Assembly: GCA_026417415.1 (NCBI GenBank)
Contig: JAOADG010000008.1
Location: 449,349-513,348 of the forward strand
Origin: a bacterium
GTDB lineage: Bacteria > Electryoneota > JAOADG01
Length of the DNA stretch: 64,000 bases
Reading direction: 5' to 3'
Shown here: positions 59,901 through 64,000 of the stretch, one piece after another
How the letters are laid out: every line of letters starts with the position of its first letter
Numbering within the stretch: the stretch's first letter is position 1
Translations under genes and position numbers: made by a program
Notes under the pieces: generated by a model
Databases searched by the model: none
What the model was told of the DNA's origin: nothing
Seen by the model: the letters and a program-made list of their open reading frames with translations, nothing else

Positions 59901-60560
59901 TTGTGCAGATCCGCGTAATACAGGTTTTTCTGGGTTTAGTGCACGTTCACGATGTGCTTGAATGAGTTTTGGATCCAACATTTGAAGCATTACTTCATCT
60001 GGAATCACTTCAATTTTATTAACTTCGTGGCTTGTTCTAAATCCATCAAAAAAGTGTAAAAATGGAACACGAGAACGTAAGGTGGCTTTTTGTGCAATGA
60101 GTGCAAAATCCATTACTTCTTGAACAGAACCAGATGCCATCATTGCCCATCCAGTCGTTCTACATGTGTTGATGTCGCTGTGATCCCCAAAGATTGAAAG
60201 AGCTTGACAAGCGACTGCTCTTGCACTTACATGGAAAACAGTTGAAGTTAATTCTCCTGCAATTTTGAACATATTCGGGATCATTAGTAATAGGCCTTGA
60301 CTGGCAGTGAAAGTAGTCGCTAGTGATCCTGTTTGTAAGGCCCCGTGAATCGTACCAGCAGCTCCTGCCTCTGATTGCATTTCTACAACTGTTGGGGTAA
60401 TACCCCAAATATTTTTTTTGCCTTCTGCTGCCCATTGGTCAGCCCATTCGCCCATATTTGAGGAGGGTGTTATCGGATAAATTGAACAAACTTCATTGGT
60501 ACGAAATGCAACGTATGCTGCGGCTTCGTTTCCATCAATAGTGATAAATTGTTTTGACAT
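56991..60560 (-). CDS. nifJ: Pyruvate:ferredoxin (flavodoxin) oxidoreductase
   Basis: YPITPSS, QSEAGAAG, GSDGTV, two CxxCxxCxxxCP motifs, GACAGCGE, GGDGWAYDIG, YSNTGGQ; ATG 60560 after GGAG. Confidence 0.97.
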   Translation of the reverse strand: MSKQFITIDGNEAAAYVAFRTNEVCSIYPITPSSNMGEWADQWAAEGKKNIWGITPTVVEMQSEAGAAGTIHGALQTGSLATTFTASQGLLLMIPNMFKIAGELTSTVFHVSARAVACQALSIFGDHSDINTCRTTGWAMMASGSVQEVMDFALIAQKATLRSRVPFLHFFDGFRTSHEVNKIEVIPDEVMLQMLDPKLIQAHRERALNPEKPVLRGSAQNPDVYFQGRETVNPFYQKCPVIVQEVMNEFAGYTGRQYHLYEYVGHPEAEYVIVIMASGAETVHETVDYLIDRGEKVGVIKVRLYRPFASEFFVQSLPATIKAIAVMDRTKEPGSAGEPMYQDVLTALTENSYEGWKQFQQSPKVVGGRYGLSSKEFTPAMVKAIFDNLKQSKPKNHFTVGIHDDVSFTSLTYDPNFNTESSDVFRGVFFGLGSDGTVSANKNSIKIIGEETENFAQGYFVYDSKKSGSITTSHLRFGPRKIRSAYLISQADFVGCHQTVFLETHDILKYAKPGAVFLLNTQAKPNEVWDTLPRVVQEQLIEKQCKFYIIDAYNVAKLTKMGVRINTIMQTCFFAISGILPKEEAIQKIKDSIKKTWAARGDAVVQQNFAAVDKTLENLFEVPIPSQVTSKIERRPAVAPGAPEYVREVTALMILNRGDEIKVSQMPVDGTFDTGTAQWEKRNIALEVPVWDAELCSQCGKCVLACPHATIRQKVYDPKYLERAPKTFKSADYRGAEYKGMKYTLQVAVEDCTGCALCVAYCPVKNKSNTALKAINMAPQFPLRETERENWNFFMSLPDLDRRNVKINTVKGSQFLRPLFEFSGACAGCGETPYYKLMTQLYGDRAVIANATGCSSIYCGNLPTTPFTKDEHGRGPAWSNSLFEDTAEFGFGFRLTFDKYREIATHQLKALASELGDDFIEELLNADQSDEAGIYAQRERISALKNKLKMIESPIARDLETICDHLVKRSVWIVGGDGWAYDIGYGGLDHVIASNKNVNILVLDTEVYSNTGGQCSKATPIGAVAKFAAGGKPIAKKDLGLIAMTYGHVYVAQVAMGANDGQTIRAFLEADAYDGPSLIIAYSHCIAHGIDMAKGMEHQERAVLSGAWPLYRFNPQLVLKGENPLKLDSKPPKLKISEYAYAQTRFNMLMKSNPQNAKKLIELAQESVEAKWYYLEYLANMPYKRTQAN

Positions 60561-60664
60561 TGTATTCTCCATATTGTTCGGATGCAATCGTTAAATTAGT
60601 GATTTATTCCATTCATGATTAGCGATTGAACCTAAAGAGGTTAATGAAGTAAAAAGATTGAACA

Positions 60665-61273
60665 TTACGATGAACGCATATCTTTACGTCCTAAAAGAGA
60701 TTGTGATAAAGATTCCTCATCAGCAAGACGTACATCAGATCCGATTGGAATTCCAAATCCTATACGTGTGACCCGAACCTGCAATGTTTCAAGTACTTTG
60801 TACAGATAAATTGCAGTTGTTTCGCCTTCGGTTGTTGGATTCATTGCTAGAATAACTTCTTGAATGGTTTCGCGTTGTAAGCGATGCAATAGTTCTTTAA
60901 TTCTCAATTGATCGGGTCCAATATCGTCCAAAGGGGATAAACATCCACCCAAAACGTGATAAAGTCCTTTGAAACCGCTATTTTCAAAAGCAAGAACATC
61001 TGCCGGTGTTTCAACTACGCAGATAACCGAACGATCTCGTGTGGACGATTGACAAATAGTGCACGGGTCAATCTCACTCCAACTTCCACAAACACTACAC
61101 AGCGATACTTTCTTTTTGATTTGGAGAATTGCTTCTGCAAGGGCTTGAATTTCTGAATCGGGTTGCTCAAGTAAATGTACAGCTAAGCGCATGGCTGCTT
61201 TTTTACCGATACCCGGTAACTTTGATAAACGTTTCACAACTTCGTCTATTGTTGGTGAAAAAGTTTTTCCCAT
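60665..61273 (-). CDS. recR: Recombination mediator RecR
   Basis: LPGIGKKAA, CSVC...CTIC, ICVVE, YHVLGG, TOPRIM EGETTA. Confidence 0.95.
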   Translation of the reverse strand: MGKTFSPTIDEVVKRLSKLPGIGKKAAMRLAVHLLEQPDSEIQALAEAILQIKKKVSLCSVCGSWSEIDPCTICQSSTRDRSVICVVETPADVLAFENSGFKGLYHVLGGCLSPLDDIGPDQLRIKELLHRLQRETIQEVILAMNPTTEGETTAIYLYKVLETLQVRVTRIGFGIPIGSDVRLADEESLSQSLLGRKDMRSS

Positions 61274-61559
61274 TCTAAGTAAGCCCAAATATTAGTAGGT
61301 AAATGGAATATTGTGATTTGGGATGGTGTTGTAGGAAGAGGTTTGTCTCCGCTGCAATTTATACAAGTGAAAGTTTACTTAATTTTTTAAATGGTTGCAA
61401 ACTCGTTTGATAGTAAAATCATTATTAATTTAGTATAAGAAATAGATTTAATAATAAGAACATAACAAAATTTGTAATCCAAAAGACCATAATTTTGTTA
61501 ATTATTCTAATTAGGAACGAAATTAAATTATCTAATATCAGAATTTATCATAAATTGAA

Positions 61560-62234
61560 TTACTTATTTTCAGAAACGTTACTAAATTTATTTTTTAATT
61601 CTTGATTTAGAACGTCTAAGAAAGTGTTAAAAGAAAAATATTTCTTAGAGTATTTTTCTAACATTTTTTCTAAATTGCTTCCCTTCAAGGCATATACTTG
61701 TTCACAACGTTTTGCAATACAGTAATCTGTGATGCCATCACCAATAAAAGTAACGTAGTACCCCTTTTCATAATATTCTAAGAATGGAACACATTTGCAT
61801 AAACTATGTTCACAATCTGGCAAAGGTGTAATTGAATTGTAAAAGGACCAACCTTCATCGCTATCATTTTCTATTAATTCGTTTGCAAATAATTTTACTT
61901 GAAAATTGTATTGATTTAAAAAGGGGATAATAATTTGACGAAAACCTGCTGAAACAACTACAATCTGATAGTTGAATCGTTGACAATATTCATAAAATTC
62001 AAAAAAACCATTGCGGAGTTGTACTTCTTTAAGAATTTCTGAAATGGCTTCACTTATAGGTATTTTTAACGATTTCATCTCTATCGTATAGACATCTTTT
62101 TCTTTCAGTAAACCTTTTTCTACTTCTTGTTCAATTTCTCGCCAATTTTTCATTCCATACCGATCTAAAAGCCACTGAAGCGTATCTTGTACGGTGATTG
62201 TGCCATCAAAATCAATAAGATAAACTTTTTTCAA
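61560..62234 (-). CDS. HAD-IB phosphatase (MtnX-like)
   Basis: IDFDGTIT, VVSAG, CKC, FIGDGITD. Confidence 0.85.
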   Translation of the reverse strand: MKKVYLIDFDGTITVQDTLQWLLDRYGMKNWREIEQEVEKGLLKEKDVYTIEMKSLKIPISEAISEILKEVQLRNGFFEFYEYCQRFNYQIVVVSAGFRQIIIPFLNQYNFQVKLFANELIENDSDEGWSFYNSITPLPDCEHSLCKCVPFLEYYEKGYYVTFIGDGITDYCIAKRCEQVYALKGSNLEKMLEKYSKKYFSFNTFLDVLNQELKNKFSNVSENK

Positions 62235-62296
62235 TTTTACCCTTTTCCAATTTGAATTCCTCTTTTCATTTGAAAGTTACGATCTCGTATATTACA

Positions 62297-62325
62297 TTGA
62301 AAATGTTCAATAGTGTGAATAAATT
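62297..62325 (+). promoter_or_regulatory. Possible sigma70 promoter for tRNA-Ala/ffs/dnaX
   Basis: TTGAAA-17-TAAATT ending 12 nt before the tRNA. Confidence 0.4.
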
Positions 62326-62337
62326 GGAATTTGCGAA

Positions 62338-62410
62338 GGGCCTGTAGCTCAGGTGGGAGAGCATCACGTTCGCAACGTGGGGGTCAGCGGTTCGAACCCG
62401 CTCAGGTCCA
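62338..62410 (+). tRNA. tRNA-Ala(CGC); CCA not encoded
   Basis: GGGCCTG/CAGGTCC acceptor stem with G3:U70; anticodon loop TTCGCAA; T-loop TTCGAAC. Confidence 0.95.
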
Positions 62411-62415
62411 CAAAA

Positions 62416-62534
62416 GCCGACCCAATGGGTTCGGTCTCGCGCAAGGTGTAAGGGCTTAACCCCGCTAGGCCCGGAAGGGAGCAACGGTCCGCTCAAGAAC
62501 CTGTGCCGTGAGGTGCCGAACCTACTGGGTCGGT
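62416..62534 (+). ncRNA. ffs: Signal recognition particle RNA (4.5S, small SRP)
   Basis: Long rod closed by GCCGACCCA/TGGGTCGGT; helix-8 motif TAGGCCCGGAAGGGAGCA; immediately upstream of dnaX. Confidence 0.9.
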
Positions 62535-62551
62535 CAATTTGAGGTGCAAGC

Positions 62552-63721
62552 GTGTCCTATATTGTATTAGCAAGAAGATACCGTCCACAAAAATTTTCTG
62601 AAGTCATTGGTCAAGAACACGTTACAGGTACGCTTTCTCGAGCCATTCAACTTAACCGAATTGGACATGCTTACTTGTTTGGTGGTCCAAGAGGAGTTGG
62701 AAAAACGACTGTAGCACGAATTTTAGCCAAAGCGTTAAATTGTACAGAAAGAAAAACTTCAGAACCTTGTAATGAATGTGATAGCTGCATTCAAATTACT
62801 GAAGGGAGAAGTGTAAATGTATTGGAAATTGATGCAGCATCCAATCGTGGAGTAGATGACGTTCGGAGTATTCGTGAAAATGTACGATTGTCAAGTTCTG
62901 CCGGTGCTTATCGAATTGTTATTGTGGACGAAGTCCACATGTTTACTAGAGAAGCGTTTAATGCCTTCTTAAAGACCCTTGAAGAACCTCCAGAGCACGT
63001 TGTCTTTATTTTAGCAACAACAGACGTTCATCAAGTTCCTCCCACAGTTTTATCACGTTGTCAACGTTTTGAATTTCGACGATTGGATGGTATTGAGGTT
63101 GCTAACCATTTGATGAAAATGGCCCGTGAAGAAGGAATTTTATTAGAAACGGGTGCTGCAGCCATCCTTGCTAGAAGAAGTGATGGTTCCCTTAGAGATG
63201 GGATATCTCTTTTAGATCAAATGATTGCCTTTTGTGGACATCAAATTACTGAATTAGATGTAATTACAGCGTTAGGTTTAATTAAATCGGATCGTTTTTT
63301 CGAAATCACTAAAATGATTTTGGATAAAAACGTTGAAGGTACATTTGCTTTCGTAGCTAACTTAATGAACACAGGTGCGGATCTTTCTGATTTTATCCGA
63401 GGATTGATGGAGCACTTTTTAATGTTATTAAGAGTTAATGTGACACATTCAGCAGAACAACTGCCATTGACTCCTGAAGAAAAAAATTGGTTTGAACAAA
63501 CAGCACCGTTATTTCAATCAGAAGATCTGTTACGAATGCTTAAATTGACTTCTGAAACTGAGCTCATTTTACGAGGGAGTTACAATCCAAGATTGCGCAT
63601 TGAATTGCTTTTGCAACGACTGGTTAGAATGGAACAAACCATTGATATCCAAATATTGTTAAAACAGATTGAAGCTCTTGAAACAAAACCTTCAAATGTT
63701 GAGGTAAAAAAAAACCGATAA
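62552..63721 (+). CDS. dnaX: DNA polymerase III gamma/tau subunit, 0-frame (gamma-length) product
   Basis: LARRYRPQKF, GPRGVGKTT, EIDAAS, DEVHM, KTLEEPP, SRC. Ends VKKNR* just after an A9 run. Confidence 0.96.
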   Translation: MSYIVLARRYRPQKFSEVIGQEHVTGTLSRAIQLNRIGHAYLFGGPRGVGKTTVARILAKALNCTERKTSEPCNECDSCIQITEGRSVNVLEIDAASNRGVDDVRSIRENVRLSSSAGAYRIVIVDEVHMFTREAFNAFLKTLEEPPEHVVFILATTDVHQVPPTVLSRCQRFEFRRLDGIEVANHLMKMAREEGILLETGAAAILARRSDGSLRDGISLLDQMIAFCGHQITELDVITALGLIKSDRFFEITKMILDKNVEGTFAFVANLMNTGADLSDFIRGLMEHFLMLLRVNVTHSAEQLPLTPEEKNWFEQTAPLFQSEDLLRMLKLTSETELILRGSYNPRLRIELLLQRLVRMEQTIDIQILLKQIEALETKPSNVEVKKNR

Positions 63722-64000
63722 ATTCTGAAACTGAAATCCAACATCCAATCTCACGTACGAAGGAACTCAAACCTCAATTAGAAACAGATAACATTGGTGA
63801 AAAAGGATCTATAGTAAAAGAGCAATCATTACTTGAATTCACACCAGAAAATCTTAACTTAGTAACCCTTAAAAACAATTGGAATTCAATTTGTAATGCA
63901 ATTCGCAAATCTAATGCAGTAATTGGATCTTCTTTGAGTTCAACGACCATTTATGATTGCCAAGACAATACATTAACATTAGAAGTTCTCAATAGTGTCC
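63706..64000 (+). CDS. dnaX: DnaX tau C-terminal extension in the -1 frame (runs off the window)
   Basis: Stop-free from the A9 run to the window end: KKKPINSETEIQHP...LKNNWNSICNAIRKSNAVIGSSLSSTTIYDCQDNTLTLEVLNSV. There is no ATG in this frame. Confidence 0.7.

Noticed and set aside
1687..61156. Numerous 60-160 aa ORFs antisense or out of frame within long genes
   Set aside because: They lie inside well-supported CDSs and show no motifs; treated as shadow ORFs.
61290..61559. Possible small ORF or origin in the AT-rich gap
   Set aside because: No convincing start/RBS, no repeats and no DnaA boxes.
62266..62496. 76-aa minus-strand ORF
   Set aside because: Shadow of tRNA-Ala and the SRP RNA.
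1..64000. CRISPR arrays, IS elements, prophage genes
   Set aside because: No spaced direct repeats, transposase or phage-like proteins were seen.

Overview
AT-rich (roughly one-third GC by eye), gene-dense bacterial chromosome segment. There is no CRISPR array, rRNA, integrase or transposase. Shine-Dalgarno usage, a PorU/PorV-like pair and seven genes ending in T9SS/FlgD-type sorting domains (xPNPFN motif) suggest an FCB-superphylum organism, probably outside Bacteroidota (inference). Core genes: ftsH (5'-truncated), folE, folP, rimI, accD, tRNA-Lys, murG, mraY, glgC, bcp, ltaE, nifJ (PFOR), recR, tRNA-Ala, SRP RNA and dnaX. Accessory genes encode secreted M14, C25 (x2) and S8 peptidases, a 1899-aa beta-helix protein and a nonaheme cytochrome. 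The strongest signals missing from the ORF track are two recoding candidates: (1) a 51-codon membrane-peptide gene at 22192-22347 (-) with an in-frame UGA followed by a SECIS-like hairpin (candidate small selenoprotein), and (2) dnaX stopping just after an A9 run while a tau-like C-terminal region continues in the -1 frame. Also notable are a stand-alone MurG-HEAT fusion with a variant MraY and an ABC-2 exporter, an IMPase fused to an apparently dead ADP-ribosylglycohydrolase, several enzymes with substituted catalytic residues, and a structured leader behind a near-consensus promoter. All calls come from motif reading; no database search was run.
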